Source: Mobula hypostoma (Eukaryota). From it: a stretch of DNA of 64,000 nt. The notes under the pieces were generated by a model. It searched no databases. It was not told the DNA's origin and saw only the letters and a program-made list of their open reading frames with translations. A program made the translations under genes and the position numbers. The stretch covers positions 235,726,001 through 235,790,000 of the forward strand of contig NC_086097.1 in the NCBI RefSeq assembly GCF_963921235.1. Direction: 5' to 3'. Shown piece by piece: positions 12,272 through 26,460 of this stretch (position 1 is its first letter; every line of letters begins with the position of its first letter).

Positions 12272-12849
12272 TACAGGGTCTTCAGCCCTTGATGTTCTGC
12301 CAGCTTATTAACTTACTTTAAGATCAATCTAAACCTTCCCTCCCAGGTAGCCCTCCATTTTTCTATCACCCATGTGATAAAAACTTAAAAAAACCTCTGA
12401 CATCCCCCCTATATTTTCCTCCAAAATTATGCCCCCTGGTATGAGCCACTTCTGCTCTGGGGGGAAGCGTCTCTGGCTATCCACTCAGTCTATGCCTCTT
12501 AATCATCTAGGAGGCCTGCTTTCAGAATCTACCATTTTACTGCCTGTGGCTGCTGTCTATGCCAGCATGGGAAATCACACTGGTTGAGTAGGAGCTGTGG
12601 GATTTTGAATGAATTCACCCTGAGAGGGAAGACAGCAGAATTATTCTCCTTGGTGCTACTGACAAGCTCTCATGGCAGCACATCATCCAGCCCTGTAATC
12701 TGCTGGAGGGCAGGTGCTGGACTGATATGATATCTGCATTGTGACAACAGTCTGAGTTTGTCCGATAGCAAAAAGAAGTCTTAGCGCTCTGCCGTGGCCA
12801 GACTTTTGACAGTGCCTGTGCTCCACAAATTAGAGACATTGGCTCTGTA

Positions 12850-15185
12850 TTCATAGAGGTGTGTAAGATGGTAAGAGGCCAAGACAGAGAGGACAGGCAA
12901 CACCTTTTCCCAGGGTGGCAATGGCATAATTTTAAGGTGATTGTAGGAAAGTATAGGGAGATGCCAGGTATTTTTTCACACGAACAGTGGTAAGTTTGTG
13001 GAATGCACTGCCAGAGTTGGTGGTAGAGGCAGATGCATTAGGGGCATTTAAGAGACTCTTAAACAGGTACATAGATGAAAGACAAATGGAGAGCTAACTG
13101 GGAGACAAGTGCGAGATTGATCTTGGAGTAGGTTAAGAGATTGGCACAACATTGCGAGCCAACAAGCCTGTACTGTGGTGGACTGTTCTATGTTCAATTG
13201 CTGCATTATTATCCCACAGCTCCCACAAGTGTTGATAATGGCATTTTCCGTACTGGCAAAAACCGCAAAATCACAGCAAAATCCTGTCAGAAGGTTAGGG
13301 CCGGTTTCCTTGACATTGCAAGTAGGCTTTCTGGCAGCACTTCTCTTGCACTTAAGATTTCAATATCCAGCTGCTTCTAATGTCCTGTTCATTAACGATC
13401 ATCCCCACTGGGAAGGCTCCTACACTATACTTAACTTCTGCACTGGCTGCTGGCTATTAATGACTGAAATGTTTTCAAATGTAAATGACATTTCCAAACT
13501 AACACATATTAGATGTAATGTCAGTGTATGAACTGATGACCCAAACAGCTCAACAGAGACAGGAACAAAGACATAAGAAAACCATTTAGATAATAGTCTG
13601 CCTCTTGATTCCTGCTACCGAAGAGCATTACCTCACACTTTGCTGTAATAAAATCCACTTGTCAGGTTTTCATTCATTCATTCAACAGTACAGCACAGAA
13701 ACAAGCCCTTCGGCCCATCTAGTCCATGCTGAACCATTTAAACTCCCTAGTTCTAACGACCTGCACCAGGACCATAGCCCTCCATACCCCTACCATCCAC
13801 CTACCTATCCAAACTTAAATGTTAAAATTGAGCTCACATGCACCATTTGTGCTGGCATCTCATCCACACTCTCATGGCACTCTGAGTGAAGAAGTTTTCC
13901 CTCAAGTTCCCCTTAAACTTTTCACGATTCACCTTCAACCAAGACCTTTAATTGTAGTCTCACCCAACCTCTGTGGAAAAAGCCTGCTTGCATCTACTCT
14001 ATCTATATCTCTCATAGTTTTGTATGCCTCTATCAAATCTCTCTCAATCTTCTATGTTCCAAGGAATGAAGTGCTAACCTACTCAATCTTTGAGCAGTGG
14101 AGGCCAAGTCATTGGGTGTATTTAAGGCAGAGATTGATAGGTATCTGAGTAGCCAGGGCATCAAAGGTTATGGTGAGAAGGCGGGAGAGTGGGACTAAAT
14201 AGGAGAATGGATCAGCTCACGATAAAATGGTGGAGCAGACTCGATGGGCTGAATGGCCTACTTCTGCTCCTTTGTCTTATGGTCTTATGGTCTTTCCATA
14301 TAACTCAGGTTCTTCAGTCCTGGCAACATCCTTGTAAATTTTCTCTGTACTCTTTCAACCTTATTTCTATCTTATTACATGGACCAAGTCTCCTCTTTGC
14401 ATCATACCCCACCCCACACATGATATTTCTGTGTCAATAGCAAATCTGGATTCCTTACATTCTCCCTCCACACCCACCTTTAACCATTAATATCAATAGT
14501 AAACAAATGAGGGACAAAGCATTGGAGAGGGTCCAGAAGAGGTTCAGAAGAATGATACTGAAAATGGTAGCGTTAATGTATGAGGAGCAATTAATGGTTC
14601 TGACCATAAGACAATAAGATATAGGAGCAGAATTAAGCCATTTAGTCCATAGAGCTTGCTCTGCCAGTTTATCATGACTGATCCATGTCCCTCAGAGCCT
14701 CAATCTCCTGCCTTCTCCCCATAGCCCTTCATGACTAGTCAAGAATCTATCAACCTCTGCCTTAAATATACCCAATGACCTAGCCTCCACAGACACCTGT
14801 GGCAGCAAATTCCATGGATTCACTGCTCCCTTGGCCTATACTCTTGGAGATTAGAAGAATGAAGAGGGATCTCATTTGATCAGCCCATGATTGAATGTGG
14901 AGCATACTCGATGGGCCAAATGGCCAATTAAGAACAGAGATTAGGAGGATTTTTTTTGCCAGAGGATGGTGAATGTGTGAAATTCATTGCCACAGATAGC
15001 TGTGAAGATCAAGGACACTGGGTATATTTAAAGCAGACTTTGACAGGGCATCGAAGGTTACAGGGAGAAGGCAAGAGAATGAGGTTGAGAGGGATAATAA
15101 ATCACCCATGATGGAATGACAGAGTAGCTTGTTGGGTAAAATGGTCCAATCCTGCTCCAATGCTTTATAGTCTTATGGTCTAAGA
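12850..15185. mobile_element. Mosaic of short CR1 3'-end fragments in both orientations, with some unique spacer
   Basis: Repeated CR1 tails (tcttatggtcttatgg, ataggagcagaatta, gaagggcctg-like). Confidence 0.7.
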
Positions 15186-15244
15186 AGTGATTCTTAGGAT
15201 CCTTTTACATCTTTCCAGTCTGAAAATGATCCTTTCAGAACTAT

Positions 15245-18200
15245 AGAACCATAGAACACTACAAAACAGAAAACAGGCCGTTCAGCCCTTCTAGTCTGTG
15301 CTGAAACTTTATTCCGCTCATCCTATTGACTTGGACTCAGTCCATAACCCTCCAGACCGCTCCCATCCATGTATCTATCCAATTTATTCTTAAAACTTAA
15401 GAGTGAGCCCACACTTACCACGTCAGATGGCAGCTCGTTCCACACTCCCACCACTCTCTCAGTGAAGAAGTTCCCCCTAATGTTCCCCCTAAACCTTTCC
15501 CCTTTCACCCTAAAGCCATGGCCTCTCCTAATTGTCTTTCCTAATCTAAGTGGAAAGAGCTTACTCGCACTTACTCTGTCTATACCCCTCATAATTTTGT
15601 AAACCTCTATCAAATCTCCCCTCATTCTTCTACGCTCCGAGCAAGAAAGTCCTAACCTGTTTAATCTTTCCCTGTAACTCAACTCCTGAAAACCCGGCAA
15701 CATCCTGGTAAATCTCCTCTGCACTCTTTCAATCTTACTGATATCCTTCCTATAGTTAGGTGACCAGAACTGCACACAATACTTCAAATTTGGCCTCACC
15801 AATGTCTTATACAACTTCCCCATATACTCAATACTTTGATTTATGAATGCCAGGATGCCAAAAGCCTTCTTTACAACCCTGTCTACCTGTGATGCCACTT
15901 TCAGGGAATTATGTATCTGAACTCCCAGATCCCTTTGTTCCTCCACACTCCTCAGTGCTCTACTATTTACTGTGTATGTCCTACCTTGATTTGTCCTTCC
16001 AAAATGCAACACCTCACACTTGTCTGCATTAAGTTCCATCTGCCATTTTCTGGCCCATTTTTCCAATTGGTCCAGATCCCTCTGCGAGCTTTGAGAGCCT
16101 TCCTCACTGTCCACAACACCTCCAATCTTAGTGTCATCAGCAAACTTGCTGATCTAATTTACCACATTATCATCTAGATCATTGATATAGACAACAAACA
16201 ACAATGGTCCCAGCACAGATCCTTGAGGCACACCATTAGTCATAAGCCTCCAGTCTGAGAAGCAATCATCCAATATCACTCTGTGTCTTTTCCCACACAG
16301 CCAGTTTCAAATCCAGTTTACAACCTCTCCATGGATACCTAGTATCTGAACCTTCTGAACTAACCTCCCATGTGGGACCTTGTCAAAGGCCTTACTAAAG
16401 TCCATGTAGACAACATCCACAGCCTTTCCTTCATCTTTGTTCTGGTAACCTCCTCAAAAAATTCTACAAGATTCGTTAAACACGATCTACCACACACAAA
16501 ACCATGCTGACTATCCTTAATCAGCCCTTGGCTGTCCAAATACTTGTATATCCAATCTCTCAGAACACCTTCCAATAACTTACCTTCTACTGATGTCAGG
16601 CTCACCGGCCTGTAATTACCTGGTTTACTTTTGGAGCCTTTTTTAAACAACGGAACATGAACTACCCTCCAATCCTCCGGCACCGCACCCATGGCTAAGG
16701 ACATTTTAAATGTTTCTGCCAGGACCCCTGCAATTTCTACACTAGTCTCTCTCAAGGTCCGAGGAAATGTAATGTCAGACCCAGAGGATTTATCTACCTT
16801 TATTCGCTGTAAGGCAGCGAGCACCTCCTCCTCTTTAATCTCTATATGTTCTATGACACTACTGCTTGTTTCCCTTCCTTCCATATATGCTATTCCAGTT
16901 TCCTGAGTAAATACTGATGCAAAAAAACAGTTTAAGATCTCCCCCATCTCGTGAGGCTCCACACATAGACGACCACTCTGATCTTCTAGAGGACTAATTT
17001 TGTCCCTTACTATCCTTTTACTCTTAATATACTTGTAGGAACCCTTCGGGTTTACCATCACATTATCTGCAAAAGCAACCTCATGTCTTCTTTTAGATTA
17101 TGAGGACACGCAGTCCTCTTTTATTGTCATTTAGTAATGCATGCATTAAGAAATGATACATTATTCCTCCAGCATGATATCACAGAAACGCAAGACAAAC
17201 CAAGACTGAAAAACTGACAAAAACCATGTAATTATAACATATAGTTACAACAGTGCAAAGCAATACTATAATTTGATAAAGAACGGACCATGGGCACGGT
17301 TAAAAAAAAGTCTCAAAGTCTCTCGAAATTCCCATCATCTCACGCAGACGGTAGAAGGAAGAAAAACTCTCCTCGCCATGAACCTCCAGCACCGCAAACT
17401 TGTCGATGCAGCACCCTGGAAGCACCTGACCACAGCAGACTCTTGAGTCCATCCGAAAACTTCGAGCCTCTGACCAGCCCTCCGGCACCGAGCACCGAGC
17501 ACCATCTCTGCCGAGAGCTTTGACCCCAGCCCCAGCCACCAAGCAATAGGCAAAGGCAAGGATTTGGGGCCTTCCCCTTCAGAGATTCTCGATCACACAG
17601 TAGTAGCGGCAGCGAAGCGGGCATTTCAGAAGTTTCTCCAGATGTTCCTCCATGCTTCTCACGCCTGTCTCCATCAAATCAGGATTGTGCACGGTATCTA
17701 CTTAACAGAAAGTTGCCTTCCTGATTTGCTTCTTTAGTATTTTCTTACATTTTTTATACTCTTTAAGTACCTCATTTGTTCCTTGTTGCCTATACCTGCT
17801 ATACACCTCTCTCTTTTTCTTAACCAGATCGCCAATATCGCTTGAAAACCAAGGTTCCCTATGCTTGTTGACCTTGCCTTTAATCCTGGCAGGAACATGC
17901 AAACTCTGCACTCTCAAAATTTCACCTTTGAAGGCCTTCCACTTACTGAACACATCCTTGCCAGAAAACAACTTATCCCAATCCATTCTTCCTAGATCCT
18001 TTCTCATTTCCACAAAATTTAGAACCTCAACTCGAGGACTAGACCTATCGTTATCCATAATTAACTTGAAACTAATGACGTTATGGTCACTGGGCGCAAA
18101 ATGTTCGCCTACACATGCTTCTGTCACCTGACCTCACTGGTTCCTGAATAGGAGATCAAGTATTGCATCCTTTCTCATTGATACCTCTATATATTGATTT

Positions 18201-19740
18201 TAAAAACTTTCCTGAACATATTTGACAAAATCCAAGCCATCTAGGCCTTTCACAGTGTGGGGGTCCCAGTCAATATGTGGAAAGTGAAAATGCCCTACTA
18301 TTACAACTTTCTGTTTCTTACATCAGTCTGCTATTTCTCTACAGATTTCCCCTCCCAATTCTCTCCGACTATTGGGCGGTCTATAATACAACTCTATTAC
18401 TGTGGTCACACTATTCTCTTCCTCAGCTCCACCCATATGGCCTCCGTAGTCAAGCTCTCTGGGCTGTCCTGTCTACGCACAGCTGTGATATTCTCCTTGA
18501 CTAGTAATGCCACTCCTCCCCCTTTCATCCCTCCCCCTCTGTCATGTCTGAAACAACGGAACCCCTGAACATTAAGCTGCCAGTCCTGCCCCTCCTGCAA
18601 CAAAGTCTCACTAATAGCAATAATGTCGTTATCCCACATGCCAATCCACGTCCTAAGCTCATCCGCCTTACCTTCAATACTCCTTGCATTGAAATAAATG
18701 CACCTGAGAACATTTCTATCACATGCAATCCTTTGATTTCTGTCTCTACATACAGTCCTCACATGACCTTTATCCTCCTCCACCTCACTATCTGCTCTAA
18801 CACTCTGGTTCCCCTCCCTCTGCAAATCTAGTCTAAACCCCCATGAGCAGCACTAGCAAACTTACCCACAAGGATGTTAGTCCCCCTCCAGTTCAGGTGC
18901 AAACTGTCCCATCGGAACAGGTCCCACCTTCCCTTAAACAAAGCCCAATTGTCCAGAAACATGAAGCCCTCCCTCCTGCACCATCTCCTTAGCCACGTCT
19001 TTAGCTGCATTATCTTCCTATTTCTAGCCTCACTAGTATGTGGCACAGGTAGCAATCCTGAGGTTGCAACCCTGGAGGTCCTGTCTTTTAATTTTGCACC
19101 CAAATCCCTAAGCTCTCTTTGCAGGACCTCCTCCTCCTTCCTAACCATGTCATTGGTCCCTACATGGACCACGACATCTGGCTGCTCACCCTCCCTCCTG
19201 TGAATACCGAGAACTTGATCCGAGATATCGCGGACCCTGGCAGTAGGGAGGCAACAGACCATCCGGGATTCTCAATCTCTCCCACAGAAACTCTTATCTG
19301 ACCCCCTTACTATTGAATCCCCCGTTACTACTGCTCTCCTCTTTTCCCTCCTTCCTTTCTGAGCTGATGGTCCAGTCTTGGTGCCAGAGACATGACCACA
19401 ACAACTTGTCCCTGGTAGGCCATCCCCACCAACAGTATCCAAAACGGTATACTTAATTATTGATGGGAACAGCCACAGGGGGGCTCTGCTCATTCTGTCT
19501 ATTCCCCTTCCTTCTCCTGACAGTCACACAACTACCTGCCTCCTGACTTTTAAGGGTGACTATCTCCCTATAACTCCTGTTTATTTCTGCCTCTGCCTCA
19601 TGAATGATCCGAAGTTCATCCAGCTCCAGCTCCAGTTCCCTAACTCGGTTTGTCAGGAGCTGCAGCTGGATGCTCCTTTTACAGGTGCAGTCATCAAGAC
19701 AATTGTGCTGTCCCTGTCATCAGGGATGATTGATCTGACT
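15245..19740 (-). mobile_element. Near full-length degenerate CR1 LINE: ORF1 SGNH-esterase (about 18828-19500) and ORF2 EN-RT (15323-18825)
   Basis: ORF1 AVVTGDSIVRG, VVVHVGTND, WDSLHLN; ORF2 YFNARSI, AISETL, PSDHNVISF, PGNYRPVSLTS, SQHGF, RSCLTNL; C-terminal YCVQFWSP...NFFTERVV; multiple frameshifts. Confidence 0.95.
17094..17712 (-). mobile_element. Second copy of the (CTAAT)n-tailed non-coding retroelement, nested in CR1 ORF2
   Basis: Reverse-complement homology to 9685-10285. Confidence 0.75.
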
Positions 19741-21289
19741 CTGTCTTGTTTGTGATAATCAGTCTTTAATTTATGTTGACTTACTCCATGTGCTCTTCTA
19801 TATGATTCTTTTGTGTGACACCAATTGGAATACCTTCTGGAATTTCTAATATACCATATTCACAGGTATCTTCAATTGACTCTGCTTGTTATATACTCAA
19901 AGTACTCCAGCACAGTCATCAATCATGATTTTCTTTGCATAAACCCAAGTTATTCAGGCACATTTCTTTATCTTCATCTCACATCTTGCTCTTCTATCAT
20001 TACCTGTCTGAAAGTAGAGGGGGGCACAAAGGTAAGTGGTGCTGAAGGAAGCAAATGTGGGAGTGAAGAAGGAGAGCTCTGTGTGTAAATCAAATGCAAT
20101 TGTGAGAAAAGGGAAGAGTGGAATATGAGGAAATAGATTAGGTCCGAGTGGATCTTTTCTCCTGTCATTTCTGCCCAACCACTGCTCTGTATATTAGCAA
20201 TAACTGCTCCATGCACTTTTACTGAATGTAAGCAGTGTCTTACATGCAGATATTCCAGATTTCATATTTCATATTTAGATTTATTTATCACCTATACATT
20301 GAAATATACAGTGAAATGCACCCTTTACCTTAACAACTAATATGACCAAGGATGTACTGGGGCAGCCTGCAAGTGTGGTCACACATTCCGATGCCAAAAT
20401 AACATGCCCGCATATTCTCTGTAGAACAACACAGAACACAACAAACAGAACAACCCAAGCAACAAGGCAACAGCAGTGATACAAGTCCTGTTCCTCCCTC
20501 TCCTACACAAGCTTAGTCCTCTAGGCCCAGGAAAGGCCATCTTCTTTGGCTTCTGTGAAGACAAGGCTGTCTTCTATCAGTTATCTCCTCCTGTTTTTAC
20601 TTATGGACCTTGCTGGCCTGCTGATTCATGGGATGTTTGCTTGTGAGTGTCAATCAATGTATCTGGTAAACCCAGTGGTGGAGCCTGGTTTTCCTGAGAT
20701 TCTAAGACCCATATGATTTCAATGTGATTGTAGATACAGGAGACAAAGATGAGATTTTGTACTTCATAAAGTTAGATTGCTTTAGTTTTTATTTAAACTG
20801 TTGGAAAATATCTTTCTATGTCTGTTATCTTTTGAATGGTCTCTTGCATTCAATAATTTAAATACTAAATTTGAAACAATTAAAAATTAATTATAATAAA
20901 AATAAACCAATGATAACATTGATAATGATGAGACTTACAAATTCCATTCTTGGTTTTGGCAGTAGTCTGGTATGGTGTGTAAAGTCATAGAGTTATAGAG
21001 AGCTACCATACTGAAACAAGCCCTTCGGCCCATCTAGTATATGCTGAACTGTTTTTCTGCCTAGTCTCATTGACCCACACCCTGCCCATAGCCCTCCATA
21101 CCCCTTCCATCTACGTACTTATACAAACTTCTCTTAAGTGTTACAATTAGACCATAAGACCATAAGAAAAGGAGCAGAAGTGGACCATTCGGCCCATCAA
21201 GTCGCTCCGCCATTTTATCATGAGCTGATCCATCCTCCCATTTAGTCCCACTCCCCCGCCTTCTCACCATAACCTTTGATGCCCTATTG

Positions 21290-22520
21290 AACCCACAGCT
21301 GGCATCAAAAATGTCACCCTCTCTGAAGATCTATCCTGGGCCCAACATATTGATGCAATTACAAAGTGAGCATGCCAGCATACAGAGAGACAAGGCGAAA
21401 TGGTATGTCAACAAAGACTTCAGTAAATTTCTACAGGTGTACCATATAGAGCAATGCAACAAAAGGCAGCCCCCATCACAAAACTACTTTTTACTTCTTC
21501 TTCAGTTTCAATGATGATGCTCGTTGCTAGTATTGGAATATTAGATTTACATTTTGATAGTGTGTTTTCAGGCAAATTGAGTGATTTGGTGCTTTGCTGT
21601 TGCCACGAAAGTTTGGTAAGGTTTCGAGCGGAGGCCAAGAAGCCTGGAGACGGGGCACGGACTATTTCTCAGCAATTAGAAATGTCGAGCAAGATTGAAA
21701 TCAATGAGGACGAGAATGGAAGGCGAGTGGGTATTCAGCACTGTCCGCCCGCGTTTGACCGGTCTCCCTCTCCTTCTCACTCAATGCTACCAGACGATAG
21801 TGTAAGGGCAAGGTTTAATCATCACGGTCTGTGGATTGGACTCTGTAGTTCATGTTATGATGTGCAATTTTGATTGGGGCTGACTGGCTCTATGGCCTGC
21901 AGTCAACGAACGTGACAGCACTGAACCGAACTGGACTGAACTAAACTGAACATTCCTAGACTGTTTCATTGATCTTCTGATTTGATGTTTCATGTTCTGT
22001 GTTTTTTCTTGTTTTTTGCTGATTGCGCAAGTTGTTCTTCACTTTGCGTGCGTCTGCTGTTTGATGTTTTTCTTTGAATGGTGTTCCTTTTGTTTTGTGG
22101 CTGTCTATGGGAAGATGAATCACAGGGTTGTATACTACACACACACTTTGATAATAAATGTACTATGAATCTTTGGTATGGGGGCACCAATGCACAGGAT
22201 AGGAAAAAAGCTGCAGAAGTTTGCAAACTCAGCCAGCTCAATCATCAGCACTACCACCCCCAACGTCGAGGACATCTTCAAAAGGTGATGACTCAAAAAG
22301 GTGGCATCCACGATTAAGACCTCACTCAGGACATGCCCTCTTCTTATTCCTCTCATTAGAGAAGACACACACTCAAGGCTTTAGAACAGCTTCTTCTCCT
22401 CCACCCTCAGATTTCTGAATGGACAATGAGCCCAAGAACACTACCTCAATACTTTATTTCTCTTTTTTGCACAACTGCTTTAATTTGAATATTTTATATA
22501 TATTTAATATTTCTGATTAT
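21290..22520 (+). mobile_element. Rex1/Babar fragment with a nested non-coding element (about 21500-22172) ending in a Rex1-type tail
   Basis: ctgaagatctatcctgggcccaacatattgatgca (Rex1 RT); tail tttgataataaatgtactatgaa; Rex1 resumes at tggtatgggggcacc. Confidence 0.6.
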
Positions 22521-22528
22521 ACAGTGTA

Positions 22529-22925
22529 CACTCGATGGCCACATTATTAGGTATATGAAGCACCTAAAGTGGCCACTGAGTATATGTTCATGAACTTCTG
22601 CTTCTATAGACCATCCACTTCAAGGTTTGACTTCAAGAAGTGATTTTTTTTTGCACACCACTATTGTAGCACGTGGTAATTTGAGTAACTGTCACCTTCC
22701 TGTCAATTAGAACCACTTTGGCCAATCTTCTCCAACCTCTCTCATTAACAAGGCTTTTTTGCCCACAGAACTGCTGCTCACTGGATGTCTTTTTGTTTCT
22801 CGTACCATTCTCAGTAAACTCTAGAAGCTGTTGGGTGCGAAAATCCCAGGAGATCAGCAGTTTCTGTGATACTCCAACCACCTCGTCAGGCACCGATAAT
22901 CATTCCACGGTCAAAGTCACATAGA
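22529..22925 (-). mobile_element. Tc1 non-autonomous fragment, same family as 9546-10782; another remnant at about 34712-34925
   Basis: TIR-like cactcgatggccacattattagg; homologous internal sequence. Confidence 0.7.
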
Positions 22926-23284
22926 ACAACTTTGAAGGTCACTTTATTTTAATGGATCCTGCTTGCCAATGTAACTCCCATCTTCCAAGTTAACTATCAG
23001 TTGGTCAATTATGTTCTACAATTTAACTGAATGCCCATAGACTTCTCAGTGTTGTTTATCATTCTGCTTCATACTGTTTCAGGATCCTCCAAGCAGAATA
23101 GATCAACCTTATTTATTTGACGAGATGATAGCACCAAGGTTACTCTTTCAGCTATTTAATGGCTGAATACAGTATAATCTATGGAATTGCCTTTTTTTTC
23201 CAAAACAATAATTATTCACAGTCTGTCTGGAAGGTGAACATTATGTAATGACTCATCTACATGTAAGTTCGCAGTCTTTTCTTA

Positions 23285-25700
23285 CTTTTTTTCCAATATT
23301 TTTATTAAATTTGATATACACAAATACAGAATTCATAAGGATACTTATTATAAATCAAAATAAGGTAGCACAAAATGCACTATATATAAATCACACTGAT
23401 ACAATCACGGTATCCCATATTCATAATCAATCAAATAAAATAAATTGAATTATAAAATACAATAATATGGTTAATTATATTATTAAAAAAAATCTATGCC
23501 CACTACCAAGACAAAGACAAAGATCAGTGCTGGGTCCATTGTTATTTGTCATCTATATCAATAATCTGGATGATAATGTGGTAAATTGGATCAGCAAATT
23601 TGCTGATGATACAAAGATTGGAGGTGTAGTAGACAGTGAGGAAGGTTTTCAGAGCCTGCAGAGGGATTTGGACCAGCTGGAAAAATGGGCTGAAAAATGG
23701 CAGATGGAGTTTAATACAGACAAGTGTGAGGTATTGCACTTTGGAAGGACAAACCACGGTAGAACATACAGGGTTAATGGTAAGGCACTGAGGAGTGCAG
23801 TAGAACAGAGGGATCTGGGAATACAGATACAAAATTCCCTAAAAGTGGCGTCACAAGTAGATAGGGTCATAAAGAGAACTTTTGGTACATTGGCCTTTAT
23901 TAATCAAAGTACTGAGTATAAAAGCTGGAATGTTATGATGAGGTTGTATAAGGCATTAGTGAGGCCGAATCTGGAGTATTGTGTTCAGTTTTGGTCACCA
24001 AATTACAGGAAGGATATAAATAAGGTTGAAAGAGTGCAGAGAAGGTTTACAAGCATGTTGCCAGGACTTGAGAAACTCAGTTACAGAGAAAGGTTGAATA
24101 GGTTAGGACTTTATTTCCTGGAGTGTAGAAGAATGAGGAGAGATTTGATAGAGGTATATAAAATTATGATGGGTATAGATAGAGTGAATGCAAGCAGGCT
24201 TTCCACTGAGGCAAGGGGAGAAAAAAACCAGAGGACATGGGTTAAGGGTGAGGGGGGAAATGTTTAAAGGGAACATTAGAGGGGGCTTCTTCACACAGAG
24301 AGTGGTGTGAGTATGGAAAGAGCTGCCAGATGAGGTGGTAAATGCGGGTTCTTTTTTAACATTTAAGAATAAATTGGACAGATATATGGATGGGAGGGGT
24401 ATGGAGGGATATGGTCCGTGTGCAGGTCAGTGGAACTAGGCAGAAAATGGTTCGGCACAGCCAAGAAGGGCCAAAAGGCCTGTTTCTGTGCTGTAGTTTC
24501 TATGGTAACTATGGCTATGGTAAAGCTGGTTGGTAAAAAAACAAAAGAGAAAAAGAGAGTATTTTACCATATAGCATTTGAAAATCTTGATTAGAATCAG
24601 AAATTGAACAACAAAACTTCTCTAAATTTATACATGACATAACATCACATATCCATTGATCATGTGTGGGGGTGGGGGCAACCTCCTTCTATTTAAGCAA
24701 GATCACCCTCCTAGCCATAAGAAAAATAAAAGCCAGTACCCGCAAATGAGAGGGCTCCAAAATTATAGCTCTTTCCTCAACAATATCAAATAAGGAAGTC
24801 AAAGGATTGAGCTTAAAATTAACTTTAAAAAGTACAGGAAATGTTTAGAAGACATCTTTCCAATATTTTTCAAGGCTTGAACATGACCAAAATTTATGAA
24901 TTAATGAAGTCTCTCCATTAATACATCTGTCACAATATGGAGATATATCTGCAAAAAAAGGGAGAGCTTGTCTTTAGACATAAGAGCCGTGTACCACTTT
25001 AAATTGTAGGAGGGAATGACGAGCACATAATGATGAAGAATTAACCATTTTGAAAATAGCCCTCCAGGTCTCATCAGATAATGAAGTCTGTAAATCCTTT
25101 TCCCAATCTTTTTTTTAATTTTGTCTAAAGGAGCCATTCTCAGTCCCAACAATAGACCATAGATATTAGATATTGAGCCATTATCAAAAGGTTTCAAATT
25201 AAAAATTTCATCTATTATGTTCTTATCCAGGCTGGTAGGAAATATATGTAGTTTAGATCAAGACCCAGAATACGTAGATTGTTCCTTCTGTTTCTGCTTT
25301 CCAGGTTGGTAATCTTATTTGTTAATTTTTCATTAGATAATGATAATTTTTTGCAGATCTTACTCATGTCTTCTAAGTCTGCTTCCAGTATCGACAAAGT
25401 TTCTTTATTCTCCTTAATTTACTTGTCATGTTCGATTAGAGTTTGTTGAATAGTGTCCAACTTGACATTAAGATGTTGAAATGCCTCAGAGAGTTCTGTT
25501 CTTTGCTTTTTAAGGAAATCTCCAATTGTTTCCAAAGTGGTTGGAGAATCATCTTCTTTTTCTTTTGCAGAGGCTTTAGTCTTTCTCACAGACATAATTG
25601 AGCAGTATTGAAATTTATAATAAGGTTTCAAAAACTGGTAGGAAACAAAAAGATAGTTAAGTTCAAAAAGATGTTACCCCATCGGCTGCCAGCAGGGCTC
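23285..25700 (-). mobile_element. Internally deleted L1-clade element (ORF1 N-terminus joined to ORF2 C-terminus and 3' UTR), with a CR1 insertion
   Basis: ORF1 coiled coil ending LESRNRRNNLRILGL; ORF2 C-terminal zinc-knuckle-like remnants at 24700-25200; T-rich tail at 23285. Confidence 0.7.
23521..24520 (+). mobile_element. 5'-truncated CR1 (RT C-terminal half and 3' UTR)
   Basis: [28 protein letters not shown] in ORF 23467-24267; tail ctatggtaactatggctatgg. Confidence 0.95.
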
Positions 25701-26104
25701 TCAGTTTGCAGTCTTAAGAGGGTTTAATTTGCTCTGCAGATTCTCAATTCCATTTTGAAAGAAATCAGATTGAAAAAGTAAACCATTTTAGTCCCCCTAC
25801 TAACTTCACCATATGGATGAATGCATTTCCCTGTCTGTTGTGTGTCCCATATGCAGTATTTACAAATACATCTCTACTGCACTCCTGATCGGTCCCATTG
25901 TTTTATTTGCGATTGTCTGAATTTACCATGGCTACGTATTTGTCTGGCAGAAATTGTCAGTCTGCTGCTTATTGTTTTATTTCTAATTGCTTGATTGAGA
26001 TGACGCATCACTGAGAAGTCATTCCACCAATACTCTGTCACAGAGATGAAAGCTTCTAGGTTTTACAGAGAAAATTAACAAAGATTTTGCTGCAACATGA
26101 GGAC

Positions 26105-26460
26105 TTGAGATACAAGAAAAGGTAACACTCACAACAAGCTGGAGGAACTCAGCAGGTCGGGCAGCATTCATGGAAAAGATTGGTGGGCGTTTCAGGCCGG
26201 AACTCTTCGTCAGGACTGAAGAGGGAAGGGGCAGAGGCCCGATAAAGAAGGTGGGGGGAGGGTGGGAAGGAGAAGGCTGGTAGGTTCCAGGTGAATAACC
26301 AGTAAGGGGAAAGATAAAGGGGTGGGGGAAGGGAAGCAGGGAGGTGATAGGCAGGAAAGGTGAAGAAAGAATAGGGGGAAACACAATGGATAGTAGGAGG
26401 TGGAACCAACAGGGAGGTGGTAGGCAGCTGGGGGAGGGGACAGAGTGACATAGGGATAGG
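26105..26460 (-). mobile_element. Neptune-type PLE 3' UTR fragment with degenerate hammerhead
   Basis: Minus strand CAGTC-CTGACGA-AGAGTTCCGGCCT-GAAACGCC; purine-rich UTR like that at 54545-54835. Confidence 0.7.

Noticed and set aside
18828..19493. SGNH esterase ORF as a host lipase gene
   Set aside because: Position directly upstream of CR1 ORF2 identifies it as CR1 ORF1
19950..20220. Splice-like signals (AAG|gtaagt on plus, ctctactttcag on minus)
   Set aside because: No convincing matching site or coherent peptide
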